Assembly (NCBI GenBank): GCA_040755775.1
Contig: JBFMAJ010000001.1
Span: 1-40,407, forward strand
Direction: 5' to 3'
From: Nitrospirota bacterium
GTDB lineage: Bacteria > Nitrospirota > Nitrospiria > JACQCE01
DNA length: 40,407 bases
Shown here: in pieces, positions 1-8,381 of the stretch
Position numbering within the stretch: position 1 is the first letter of the stretch
Layout of the letters: each line of letters starts with the position of its first letter
Translations under genes and position numbers: made by a program
Notes under the pieces: model-generated
What the model saw: only the letters and a program-made list of their open reading frames with translations
Database searches by the model: none
What the model was told of the DNA's origin: nothing

Positions 1-486
1 TTGATTATTTTGCTTGAGCCGCCGCATGCCGCGCTTCAGGCCGCCCCATTGCTGGCTGCCCTGCGGAGGGGATTCCCGGCCGTTCGGCTGGAGGTATTGG
101 TCCCGGACCACGCCGCCTCGGCGCTGGCCGGGAATCCCAATCAGGACGGGATCTTGACCGCGTCAGGGTCGCTCATGGAGAAGGTCCGAGCGGTTCGCTC
201 GCGCCGCTACGAGTTGGTGATCGATCTGACGAACAGCCCAGTTTCGGCGCTTCTGACCAGAATGGCCGGCGCCGGGATTCGGATCGGCTATCGAGCGGCA
301 TCCACCATATCAAAATGGCTCAAGCGCGCCCTCTGCTACACCCATACGATTATGGCGAAGCGGGAGCAACGCGGTCCCGTCCGCCACTATTTGCTGGTGA
401 GCGAAGCGCTCGGTCTCGACGCTGCGCCGCCGGAGCTCAGTCCCGATCCCGGAGAATCTCCGGCCATGATGAAATCGATGCGATGA
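1..486 (+). CDS. Glycosyltransferase family 9 (heptosyltransferase)-like protein, N-terminal half only; 5' end may be cut by the window edge
   Basis: ORF track 1..486. The translation IILLEPPHAALQAAPLLAALRRGFPAVRLEVLV...DLTNSPVSALLTRMAGAGIRIGY resembles the N-terminal Rossmann domain of ADP-heptose:LPS heptosyltransferases. The ORF stops after 161 aa, about half the usual GT9 length. Its stop overlaps the next start as ATGA (483-486). Confidence 0.45.
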   Translation: MIILLEPPHAALQAAPLLAALRRGFPAVRLEVLVPDHAASALAGNPNQDGILTASGSLMEKVRAVRSRRYELVIDLTNSPVSALLTRMAGAGIRIGYRAASTISKWLKRALCYTHTIMAKREQRGPVRHYLLVSEALGLDAAPPELSPDPGESPAMMKSMR

Positions 487-1421
487 GCGCGCTGGTGACC
501 GTGGTGATTCCGGCGTACAACCACGCCGACTATGTCGCTGAATGCATCACGAGCGTGCTGGAGCAGGATTATCCCGGCATCGAGCTGGTCGTCATCAATG
601 ACGGGTCGACCGATGACACGGATGCCGTCATCCGGCGTCTCCTGGGGGCGCGCCCCTCGGCGTTTCACTATATTGCCAAGGAGAATGAGGGCCTGGTGAA
701 GACGTTGAATCTCGCCCTGCGGCGCTCATCAGGTGAGTATTTCTGTCAGGTGGCATCGGATGACCTGCTGCTCCCCGGGAGCATCGCCGCGCGGGCGGGC
801 TTTCTGGACGCGCACCCGGAGGTCGACGCGGTGTTTGCCGACCTCTACGTCATGGAGGGAACGGTCAAAACGACGTCCCGCCCCTTTCAGACGCGCGTCG
901 GTTACGACAGCATCAAGCACAACCTGGGGGATCTGCTCGGCGACAGGGCGCGCCTCTTTTTCGCCAGCGGGATGATCCGTCGATCGATATTGGACCGTCT
1001 CGGCGGGTTTGACGAGGATTTTCGATACTATGAGGATCTCAGCCTGCGGGGGCGGTTGGCCCTCGCGGGGCGGATCGCCCATTTAAACGAGCCCGTGATG
1101 TACCGGCGGATGCATGCGCGCAACACGTCGAAGATCCCGCAATGGTTCGTGCAGGAAAAGATGCTGGCGCTGGAAAAAATTCTCGAGGATCGGGATGGCC
1201 GCCTAGGCCCTCTGAGGGAGGAGGTCTCAGGTTATTTGTTCAAAGAGTATCTACGGTATTGTCGCATGGCCCTCGAATTGGCGAAGGATGACGCGGCGTG
1301 GTTGACAAAAGCGGGGGAGGTGCTTGACAGGGCCGCGGCCATCAAACCCTATTCAATGAAGCGATGGTATTATCGTGGCCTGTGGATTATTCAAACATGG
1401 TGGAAGACCGGGCGGGTGTGA
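483..1421 (+). CDS. Glycosyltransferase family 2
   Basis: Internal ATG at 483 of ORF 315..1421 gives MSALVTVVIPAYNHADYVAECITSVLEQDYPGIELVVINDGSTDDT, a classic GT2 N-terminus. There is an acidic DD motif (ASDDLL) downstream. The ATGA overlap with the upstream ORF supports this start. Confidence 0.85.
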   Translation: MSALVTVVIPAYNHADYVAECITSVLEQDYPGIELVVINDGSTDDTDAVIRRLLGARPSAFHYIAKENEGLVKTLNLALRRSSGEYFCQVASDDLLLPGSIAARAGFLDAHPEVDAVFADLYVMEGTVKTTSRPFQTRVGYDSIKHNLGDLLGDRARLFFASGMIRRSILDRLGGFDEDFRYYEDLSLRGRLALAGRIAHLNEPVMYRRMHARNTSKIPQWFVQEKMLALEKILEDRDGRLGPLREEVSGYLFKEYLRYCRMALELAKDDAAWLTKAGEVLDRAAAIKPYSMKRWYYRGLWIIQTWWKTGRV

Positions 1422-2332
1422 TGCTTCCGAATTTTTTGATCATTGGCGCGCAAAAGTCCGGGACGACGTTTCTTTTCCGATGCCTGCGAGAGCACCCCGA
1501 GGTGTTCATGCCGCCTCGCGAAGTCCGGTTTTTCGAGGATCCTGAATATGGAAACGGCGACATCGGGCGGCTTGAAACGTTATTCCATGGCGTGAAACAC
1601 GAATCCGCGCTGGGCATCAAGCGGCCCGGCTACCTGGCCCGGCAGGGAGTAACCGCTCGCATTCATCGGCATCTTCCCAAGGCGAAGTTGATCGTGATTC
1701 TGCGCAACCCGCTGGACCGGGCGGTTTCAGCTTATTTTCATTTCATGCGGTGCGGTTTTCTTCCCGTCAGGCCGCTGTAATACGGCATGGCCCGGATTCT
1801 CGACGGCGAATACCAGAAGAGGCACGCCAAATCGGCGGAAGTTCTCAATTTTGGACTGTATCACCATCACCTATCGCGCTACCTGAAGTACTTCGACAGG
1901 AACCAGCTGCTGATTCTCCTGTATGAGGACATCAGTGCCGCTCCGCTCGCCGCCGTGCAACAGGCCTATCGCTTCATCGGCGTGAACGACGCCTATGCGC
2001 CGGACGGGCTGGCAAAGCGTTACAATGCGGGCGTCTATTCGCTGCCGCGGTTGCGCGTTCTCGGCCTGAGCAATCTCGTCCGGTATGACTACAGCGCCGA
2101 TCGAACGCGGCGCACACTAAAACAGCGATCCAGCGCCATCGGCCTGGCGATGAGCAAAATGGCCCACAAGGTTGAACGCTACGTGTTGCGAATGCCTGGC
2201 GCCGCCCGGCCGGACCTGAGCAATGAGCTCCAAGTGAGGCTGTACCGGGTATACGCGGAAGACATCGTCCACCTTGAAATGATGATCGGCCGGTCATTAA
2301 GCGGCTGGAAACCGACGACACGCGCGTCTTAG
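1421..2332 (+). pseudogene. PAPS-type sulfotransferase interrupted by one in-frame TAA (1778-1780)
   Basis: ORFs 1364..1780 and 1787..2332 are in the same frame, separated only by TAA TAC GGC. The 5' part has LIIGAQKSGTTF (5'-PSB loop) and LRNPLDRAVS (3'-PB-like motif). The 3' part continues a sulfotransferase C-terminal region (LLILLYEDI...FIGV). The ATG at 1421 overlaps the GT2 stop (TGATG). Confidence 0.7.
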
Positions 2333-2351
2333 GCCACATCGGATTCGTTGC

Positions 2352-4076
2352 ATGAACATTGTCGCGCTCCTGTCAGTGTATAACGAAGAGCCCTATCTGG
2401 CGCGATGCCTGCGCCATCTCCATGAACAAGGAATCGGGGCGTATGTGATTGATAACGGGTCGACTGATCGGTCGCCGGCGATTATCCGCTCGTTTTTGAA
2501 TCGTGGCGTCGTCGGTACTGAAGTTCAACCCCGTGCCGGCATATTTGAACTGGAGTCCCTGTTGCGCCGTGAAGAAGAGCTGGCGGCGGAGCTCGGGGCC
2601 GATTGGTATATGCACCATGACGCCGACGAAATCCGCGAAGCGCCCTCCCCATACCGCACCCTGCGCGAGGGGATCCAGGCGGCCGACGCCGCGGGGTACA
2701 ATGCCGTGAATTTCGATGAGTTCGTGTTCACGCCAACCGGATCCGACGAGAATTACGAGCACGATCGTTTCCCCGAAGAGATGGAGTGGTATTATTTTTT
2801 CCGCCCCCGTCGGCATTACCGGCTCAATGCATGGAAAAACTTCGGGCAGCGCGTCGATCTGCGCAGTTCCGGCGGACATTGCGTGAAGTTCGAGGGGCAG
2901 CGCGTGTATCCGCAAGATTTTATTCTGCGCCATTACATGATGCTGAGCCGTGCTCATGCCATTCGAAAATATTGCGGGAGGGTCTACAGCGAAGCGGAAA
3001 GAATGGAACGGAACTGGCACAACGCCCGAGCCGGCCTGCAGCCGGACCAGATTCACTTCCCGCCCAAGAGCCGTTTGCGCCGCATTTCGCATGATCGCGT
3101 ATGGGACCGCTCGGACCCCTGGACCAGACACCCGGTGTTTGAACAGGCGCGCCCGTCGGCCAAGCGGTCGAGAGCGACGACGCGGGCGTCCATGGGGCGC
3201 GCCCTTCCTCCCGCGCCGTTCATCGTAGGCAACGGCCGCTCCGGGACCACGCTGCTGCGGCTGATGCTGGACAGCCATCCGGATTTGGCCATTCCTCCAG
3301 AGACGCATTTCGTTCCGTCGATGATCAAGGAATTTCAAGGGAAATGGATCCTGTGGCAACCGGAAGCGTGGTTTTTCAAAACGTTGACCGGTCACCGGAG
3401 GTGGGCGGATTTTTGCCTCGATCCCGGCGCGCTCAGATCCAGCATTCGCTCAATCAAGCGCTTTGATCTGGCCGAGGGTTTCAGGGCCTTTTATCGCCTG
3501 TATGCCGAGCAACAGGGAAAATCACGTTGGGGGGATAAAACGCCGACGTATGTGGCCTCGATGGAGGCGATCCAAGACTATCTTCCCGAGGTTCGTTTCA
3601 TTCATCTGATCCGGGATGGACGCGATGTCGCCTTGTCCTTCCAGGGTTTGTGGTTTGGCCCCAAGTCCATTGAACAGGCGGCGAGCCAATGGGTGACGAC
3701 TATTCGGGAGGCGCGGCGCCAGGCTCAGCACCTTCAGCATTATGTCGAAATCAAATATGAGGATTTGATTGCCCGGACGCCGGACACGCTTCGGCGCATT
3801 TGCGAATTTATTGAACTCCCATGGAATGCCTCAATGCTGAATTATCATGAACGGGCGGGGGAACGGTTGAAGGAATTGCAGCGAGACATCGTGGCTCCGG
3901 CCGGCGAGCGCGTGGTCCGGGGCGAAGAACGAACGGCCATTCATCGGCTGACGGCGAGCCAGCCGGATGAAAGCCGAATCAACCGGTGGAAAACCGAAAT
4001 GGGTTCGGCTGACCAGACAAGCTTCGAGGCGATTGCCCGGACCATGCTTCGAGAGTTGGGATACGACGTTGAATAA
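2352..4076 (+). CDS. Bifunctional fusion: N-terminal GT2-like glycosyltransferase plus C-terminal sulfotransferase
   Basis: 574-aa ORF. The N-terminus MNIVALLSVYNEEPYLARCLRHLHEQGIGAYVIDNGSTDRS...HHDADE is GT2-like. After a basic linker, the C-terminal part has FIVGNGRSGTTLLRLML and IRDGRDVALS, the sulfotransferase PAPS-binding motifs. Confidence 0.8.
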   Translation: MNIVALLSVYNEEPYLARCLRHLHEQGIGAYVIDNGSTDRSPAIIRSFLNRGVVGTEVQPRAGIFELESLLRREEELAAELGADWYMHHDADEIREAPSPYRTLREGIQAADAAGYNAVNFDEFVFTPTGSDENYEHDRFPEEMEWYYFFRPRRHYRLNAWKNFGQRVDLRSSGGHCVKFEGQRVYPQDFILRHYMMLSRAHAIRKYCGRVYSEAERMERNWHNARAGLQPDQIHFPPKSRLRRISHDRVWDRSDPWTRHPVFEQARPSAKRSRATTRASMGRALPPAPFIVGNGRSGTTLLRLMLDSHPDLAIPPETHFVPSMIKEFQGKWILWQPEAWFFKTLTGHRRWADFCLDPGALRSSIRSIKRFDLAEGFRAFYRLYAEQQGKSRWGDKTPTYVASMEAIQDYLPEVRFIHLIRDGRDVALSFQGLWFGPKSIEQAASQWVTTIREARRQAQHLQHYVEIKYEDLIARTPDTLRRICEFIELPWNASMLNYHERAGERLKELQRDIVAPAGERVVRGEERTAIHRLTASQPDESRINRWKTEMGSADQTSFEAIARTMLRELGYDVE

Positions 4077-4875
4077 TCCGGCGGCCCGGCTCGAATCGGA
4101 TCGGTCGGTTTGGCCGATTATCATCGGGGGCTGTTACCGGTCCGGCACAAGCCTGCTGCGACGAATGCTCGACAGCCATAGCCGGATTTATTGCGGCCCC
4201 GAGGTGAAGTTCTTCAAGGATTTTTACGGCGATTACCTGCGCGATCCCTTATCCCACGTTCGCTTTTTTAAGACAGTCCGCGATCTGGGGATCGAGGACG
4301 CCGTGCTGCTGCGCCTGTTCGGAACGCCCTGGGTGGAAGCGCACCGGATCGCGGCGCACCAGCAGGGGAAATCCCGCTGGGCCGATAAGAATCCCGAAAA
4401 CGTCCTGTACCTGACGCAGTGGGATGTCTTGTTGGAGGGCCGTTTCTTGTTTGTTCACTGCGTCCGTGATCCTCTTGATACCCTGGCGTCCATTCAGGAG
4501 GCGAGGTTCCCGCTCGCCATCCCGGAGGATTTTGACGGCCGGGTCGCGGTGTATCGAACCTTTGTGAAAGCCGGCCTTGAATTTGAAGCACGCGCTCCTG
4601 GGCGCAGCGTTCGAGTCCGATATGAAGAACTGGTTGAGGAGCCGCGCCAGTGCTTGAGTCGGCTGATGGACGGCCTCGGCGAAAAATTCGAGGAGGGGAT
4701 GCTGAGTTTTAATGCGAACCGCCACCAAAAGGGCTTGGAGGACCCCAAAGTCGCGTCGACCACCGAGGTCCATCGAAGGAGCCTCGGACGGGGACGGAGG
4801 GACTTGACGAAGGAACAAATACGAGTTGTGGTTACACAGTGCGCGAACCTGTTCGCGCAGCTTGACTATTCCTGA
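4069..4875 (+). CDS. Sulfotransferase
   Basis: ORF 3967..4875. Motifs IIIGGCYRSGTSLLRRML and VRDPLDTLAS. I prefer the TTG at 4069, which overlaps the upstream stop, because the ATG at 3967 would overlap the previous gene by 110 nt. The start is uncertain. Confidence 0.7.
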   Translation: MNNPAARLESDRSVWPIIIGGCYRSGTSLLRRMLDSHSRIYCGPEVKFFKDFYGDYLRDPLSHVRFFKTVRDLGIEDAVLLRLFGTPWVEAHRIAAHQQGKSRWADKNPENVLYLTQWDVLLEGRFLFVHCVRDPLDTLASIQEARFPLAIPEDFDGRVAVYRTFVKAGLEFEARAPGRSVRVRYEELVEEPRQCLSRLMDGLGEKFEEGMLSFNANRHQKGLEDPKVASTTEVHRRSLGRGRRDLTKEQIRVVVTQCANLFAQLDYS

Positions 4876-5702
4876 AAAAATCGGCGAAAGTCAAACCATC
4901 GGCGGGGTTCTTGCCTGGGAGGCTGTCGCCATCGCTCGGCGGCCTCGAGATAGCCGAAGTATTTCAGGCCCGGCTCCGCCACCCGCTGTACATCCGCAAG
5001 AACGGCGGGATCCTGCTGCCGCCAACGGCCGATCGACGACGGCCATTCGATTGTGGACAACAAGCGGTCGATGGAGCGATGCTCCGGTGCGCCGAGAAAC
5101 CGATACATCCGCTCAATGACCGGCCGTGGATCCCGGCACAGCTCTTCGAAGATGACGGCCAGATAACGCTGTTTCAATTCGCCCTCCCCGTATTCCGCGG
5201 CCCGGAGGTTGACGGTGTTCCATAAGGCCCCAGCTTGAACCGGCGGCAAAAGCGATTGGGCGTCGTGATCCAGCACATGAGCGCCGAAATTGCGAAGCTG
5301 ATTCTTATTGTCGGAAAACGCCATGTCGCGCCCGTCGCGCACGACATGAATAAATTTCATGTGAGGGTACAGGCCGTGGAAAAACGGCAAGAGGTAGATA
5401 CTGGGCGGTATTTTCCATCCCCAGCGGGCGTCGGGATCCGGCATCCGCTCGAGATGCCGTCGAACGCAGGCAAGAAATTCTTCCTTCATGCGCGCGCCTT
5501 GGTCGTCCGTGAGCGACCCTGTCACGTAGGGAACGATCCATTTGGAATTGAATGCATCGAACCACAGGGCGTCTTCGGACACGTTGAGGTGCGTCCCCAT
5601 GAACACCCCGGCGCTCCGGACGATTCTCGCGATAACCCGCGTTCCGGATCCGCCGATGGCTCCGATGACGACCGGATGGGATCGTACGGCCGTTGTGTGC
5701 AT
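4866..5702 (-). CDS. Sulfotransferase
   Basis: 278-aa ORF with VVIGAIGGSGTRVIARIV (P-loop-like 5'-PSB) and VVRDGRDMAFS. It is convergent with the previous sulfotransferase and overlaps it by 10 nt at the 3' ends. Confidence 0.75.
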   Translation of the reverse strand: MHTTAVRSHPVVIGAIGGSGTRVIARIVRSAGVFMGTHLNVSEDALWFDAFNSKWIVPYVTGSLTDDQGARMKEEFLACVRRHLERMPDPDARWGWKIPPSIYLLPFFHGLYPHMKFIHVVRDGRDMAFSDNKNQLRNFGAHVLDHDAQSLLPPVQAGALWNTVNLRAAEYGEGELKQRYLAVIFEELCRDPRPVIERMYRFLGAPEHRSIDRLLSTIEWPSSIGRWRQQDPAVLADVQRVAEPGLKYFGYLEAAERWRQPPRQEPRRWFDFRRFFQE

Positions 5703-5750
5703 GGCCCGGCATTATAACGCGTCGCGCGAGGATTGCAAAGCGGGATCGCC

Positions 5751-5780
5751 TTGACAAGAATGCGGCAAGAAGATTACGCT
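5751..5780 (+). promoter_or_regulatory. Candidate sigma70-type promoter (TTGACA-N18-TACGCT)
   Basis: TTGACA at 5751-5756 and TACGCT at 5775-5780, in the divergent intergenic region upstream of the 5813 gene. Confidence 0.35.
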
Positions 5781-5812
5781 ACGTTGATTTGTATCGATCA
5801 TGAGGGATCCTT

Positions 5813-6733
5813 TTGTCGATCGCTCCTCCCATTCATGACGGCGGCGCGCCAGCCGGCATCCGCTGCGTCCGGCCGCCGGTGATCATCACCGGCATGCACC
5901 GATCGGGCACGACGTTGGTGTCGCAGTGCCTGCACCGGCTGGGATTGTTTCTCGGCATCAGCATGCAACAGGAGTATGAATCGCTCTTTTTTTTGTCCAT
6001 CAATGAAGAAATCTTCAGGCGGACGGGCGGCAGTTGGGATCAACCGTCGCCGGTGCGCTATTTGACCCAATGCCCCGAGGCGTTCCAGATGATCGTCCGC
6101 TGCCTGCGCGAGGATCTGCTGTCTTCCCGCGTCCGCGGCTATCTGGGGTTGCGCCGCCATCTTCAGTGGCGCTCCATCACGAGCTATGACCAGCCGTGGG
6201 GATGGAAGGATCCCCGCAGCGTGTATACGCTTCCGCTTTGGCTGGAAGTCTTCCCCGGCGCGAAGATTGTGTATATCATCAGGAACGGCGTCGACGTGGC
6301 GCACAGCCTGGTGCAACGGTCGCATCGCGTTGTGGAATCGGACAAGCGAAAATTCGCACGCCGGCTTCGCGAGCGCAAGAGCAAATCGGCGCTGCAGCGG
6401 GCGGGATTTATGGGGTCGACGCGCTGCCTCGATCTTGAACGGAGTTTTGCCCTGTGGGAGGAATACGTGTCCTACGCCGACAGGTTGCTGGCCGAGATCA
6501 AGAACGAGCGGTTCATCCTGAAGTACGAAGAGCTGTTGAGCCGGCCCGAGGCGCATCTGGCGCCGCTGGCCGAGTTTTGCGGGTTGACCCCGCCGGACGA
6601 AGGCCGCCTCAACGCGTTGACGGCGATGATCGACCCGAACCGGGGAAACGCCTTCACGGCGGATCCGTTGCTCCAGGACTATCACGCGCGAGTCAAGAAC
6701 ACCCACTGGATGCGCCGTCTGGGATATGGATAG
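5813..6733 (+). CDS. Sulfotransferase
   Basis: 306-aa ORF with a TTG start. Motifs VIITGMHRSGTTLVSQCL and IIRNGVDVAHS. Confidence 0.75.
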   Translation: MSIAPPIHDGGAPAGIRCVRPPVIITGMHRSGTTLVSQCLHRLGLFLGISMQQEYESLFFLSINEEIFRRTGGSWDQPSPVRYLTQCPEAFQMIVRCLREDLLSSRVRGYLGLRRHLQWRSITSYDQPWGWKDPRSVYTLPLWLEVFPGAKIVYIIRNGVDVAHSLVQRSHRVVESDKRKFARRLRERKSKSALQRAGFMGSTRCLDLERSFALWEEYVSYADRLLAEIKNERFILKYEELLSRPEAHLAPLAEFCGLTPPDEGRLNALTAMIDPNRGNAFTADPLLQDYHARVKNTHWMRRLGYG

Positions 6734-6742
6734 GATCGACCG

Positions 6743-7819
6743 ATGAAAGCGCTCATCGCCGCGGGCGGCCGGGGGACGAGGCTCCGCCCGATCACGCATA
6801 CCAGCAACAAACACCTGATTCCGATCGCCAACAAGCCGATGCTTTTTTACGCGATCGAGGCGGTGGCGGCGGCCGGCATCCGGGAGATCGGCATCGTGTT
6901 CGATCCCGAAAGCCACGCGGCGATCAGCAAGGCCATCGCGCCATTCGCCCGCCAGGGGCTCCGGTTCACCCTGATGATTCAGGACGCGCCCCGCGGGCTG
7001 GCGCACGTCGTCAAGGTGGCGGAACCATTCATCGCGGGCGAGCCGTTCGTATTCCATCTGGGCGACAATCTGATGACGAATGACGTGGGCCGGTGCGTGC
7101 GGATGTTCGAGGCGCGCAAGTTGAATTGCCTGCTCGTGCTGGCCCAGGTCAAGGAGCCGCAGCGGTTCGGCGTGGCCGAAATTCGGGACGGACAGGTGAT
7201 CAGGGTCGAAGAGAAGCCGGCCAATCCCAAGAGTCCGTATGCCGTCACCGGATTGTACGTGTACGACCGGTCGGTTTTCGAAGCCGTCGCCGCGCTGCAT
7301 CCCAGCGCGCGCAACGAGCTGGAAATTTCCGACGCGCATCAGTACCTGATCGATCAGGGGTTCCAGGTCGGCTACACGGAAGTGGCGGGCTGGTGGAAGG
7401 ACACCGGAAAGCCGGAGGATCTGCTGGAGGCGAACCGGCTCGTGCTCGAGCAGCTCCTGGCGCGCGGCGGCTCGGTAATCAACGGCGAGGTGGACGAGGC
7501 CTCCGTGATCGACGGCAACGTGATCATCGAGGCGGGCGCGCGGGTCACGGCCAGCCGGCTGCGCGGCCCGTTGATCATCGGCGAACGGTGCGTGATCGAC
7601 GGCAGCGAGCTCGGTCCGTTCCTGTCGGTCGGGCCGGCGTGCCGCATCGTCCACAGCCGGATCGCGGACAGCATTCTGTTGGAAGAGTGCCGGGTCGAGG
7701 CGGTGGACGCGAGGATCGAGCGCAGCCTGCTGGGCCGCGGCGTGGAGCTGATCAAGGGGGGCGGCCCCGCCAGCCAGCGGATGATTCTGGGCGACGTGAG
7801 CCGGATCGAGTTCCCGTGA
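6743..7819 (+). CDS. rmlA: Sugar-1-phosphate nucleotidylyltransferase, long-form glucose-1-phosphate thymidylyltransferase-like, with a C-terminal left-handed beta-helix region
   Basis: MKALIAAGGRGTRLRPITHTSNKHLIPIANKPMLFY is the canonical G-x-G-T-R-L nucleotidyltransferase N-terminus. The 358-aa length and the C-terminal I/V-G-x hexapeptide-like repeats fit the long form. Confidence 0.85.
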   Translation: MKALIAAGGRGTRLRPITHTSNKHLIPIANKPMLFYAIEAVAAAGIREIGIVFDPESHAAISKAIAPFARQGLRFTLMIQDAPRGLAHVVKVAEPFIAGEPFVFHLGDNLMTNDVGRCVRMFEARKLNCLLVLAQVKEPQRFGVAEIRDGQVIRVEEKPANPKSPYAVTGLYVYDRSVFEAVAALHPSARNELEISDAHQYLIDQGFQVGYTEVAGWWKDTGKPEDLLEANRLVLEQLLARGGSVINGEVDEASVIDGNVIIEAGARVTASRLRGPLIIGERCVIDGSELGPFLSVGPACRIVHSRIADSILLEECRVEAVDARIERSLLGRGVELIKGGGPASQRMILGDVSRIEFP

Positions 7820-7831
7820 AACGAGCCGTCA

Positions 7832-7875
7832 GCGATGGGGGGTGTCGGGGGGAGAGGAGCATCTCCCCCCGATTG
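7832..7875. repeat. G-rich hairpin element, copy A (10-bp stem 7845-7854 / 7863-7872)
   Basis: GCGATGGGGGGTGTCGGGGGGAGAGGAGCATCTCCCCCCGATTG lies in the rmlA-rmlC intergenic gap. It is near-identical in layout to the element at 23694-23741. Confidence 0.6.
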
Positions 7876-7901
7876 AGCGAGTGCGTGGAGCACGAGCGGA
7901 T

Positions 7902-8381
7902 ATGATTCACGGAGTCCTCATCAAAGACTTAAAGGTATTATCCGATGACCGTGGATTTCTTATGGAAATGCTGCGCTCAGATGAGCCGATGTATGAGCGC
8001 TTCGGTCAGGTCTACATCACCGGCTGCAAGCGTGGCGTCGTCAAGGGCTGGCATTATCACAAAGAGCAGACCGATCATTTTATTTGCGTGCTGGGGCGGG
8101 CGCTGGTGGTGCTCTATGATCCCCGGGACGGCTCTCCGACCAAAGGCGCGGTGGAAGAGTATTACCTGGAGGCGCCGCCGGCCGCGAGCCGTCCGTCGAT
8201 CCTGTTGAAAATTCCCCCCTACGTCTATCACGGGTTTACACCCTCCGGGTGCGACGAGGCGCGCATTATCAACGTCCCGACGCTGCCCTACCGGCATGAG
8301 CAGCCGGACGAGTTCCGCCACCCCTGGAACAGCGCCGATATCCCGTATCGGTGGCCCGCGGACATAACACGGGGGGGATAA
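7902..8381 (+). CDS. rmlC: dTDP-4-dehydrorhamnose 3,5-epimerase-like cupin (short RmlC family)
   Basis: Internal ATG at 7902 of ORF 7842..8381. MIHGVLIKDLKVLSDDRGFLMEM...VVKGWHYHKEQTDHF matches the RmlC-type cupin pattern. The gene abuts rmlB (stop 8379-8381, ATG 8382). Confidence 0.7.
   Translation: MIHGVLIKDLKVLSDDRGFLMEMLRSDEPMYERFGQVYITGCKRGVVKGWHYHKEQTDHFICVLGRALVVLYDPRDGSPTKGAVEEYYLEAPPAASRPSILLKIPPYVYHGFTPSGCDEARIINVPTLPYRHEQPDEFRHPWNSADIPYRWPADITRGG

Noticed and set aside
3967-4068. The ATG at 3967 as the start of the third sulfotransferase.
   Set aside because: It would overlap the upstream fusion gene by 110 nt and add a basic, unstructured extension ahead of the PAPS-binding loop. 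The TTG at 4069, overlapping the upstream stop, is more economical. This remains uncertain.
5798-7654. A 618-aa ORF on the minus strand.
   Set aside because: It lies antisense to the well-supported sulfotransferase (5813-6733) and rmlA-like (6743-7819) genes. Its product is Arg/Pro/Ala/Gly-rich with no recognisable motifs. This is a typical shadow ORF of GC-rich DNA.
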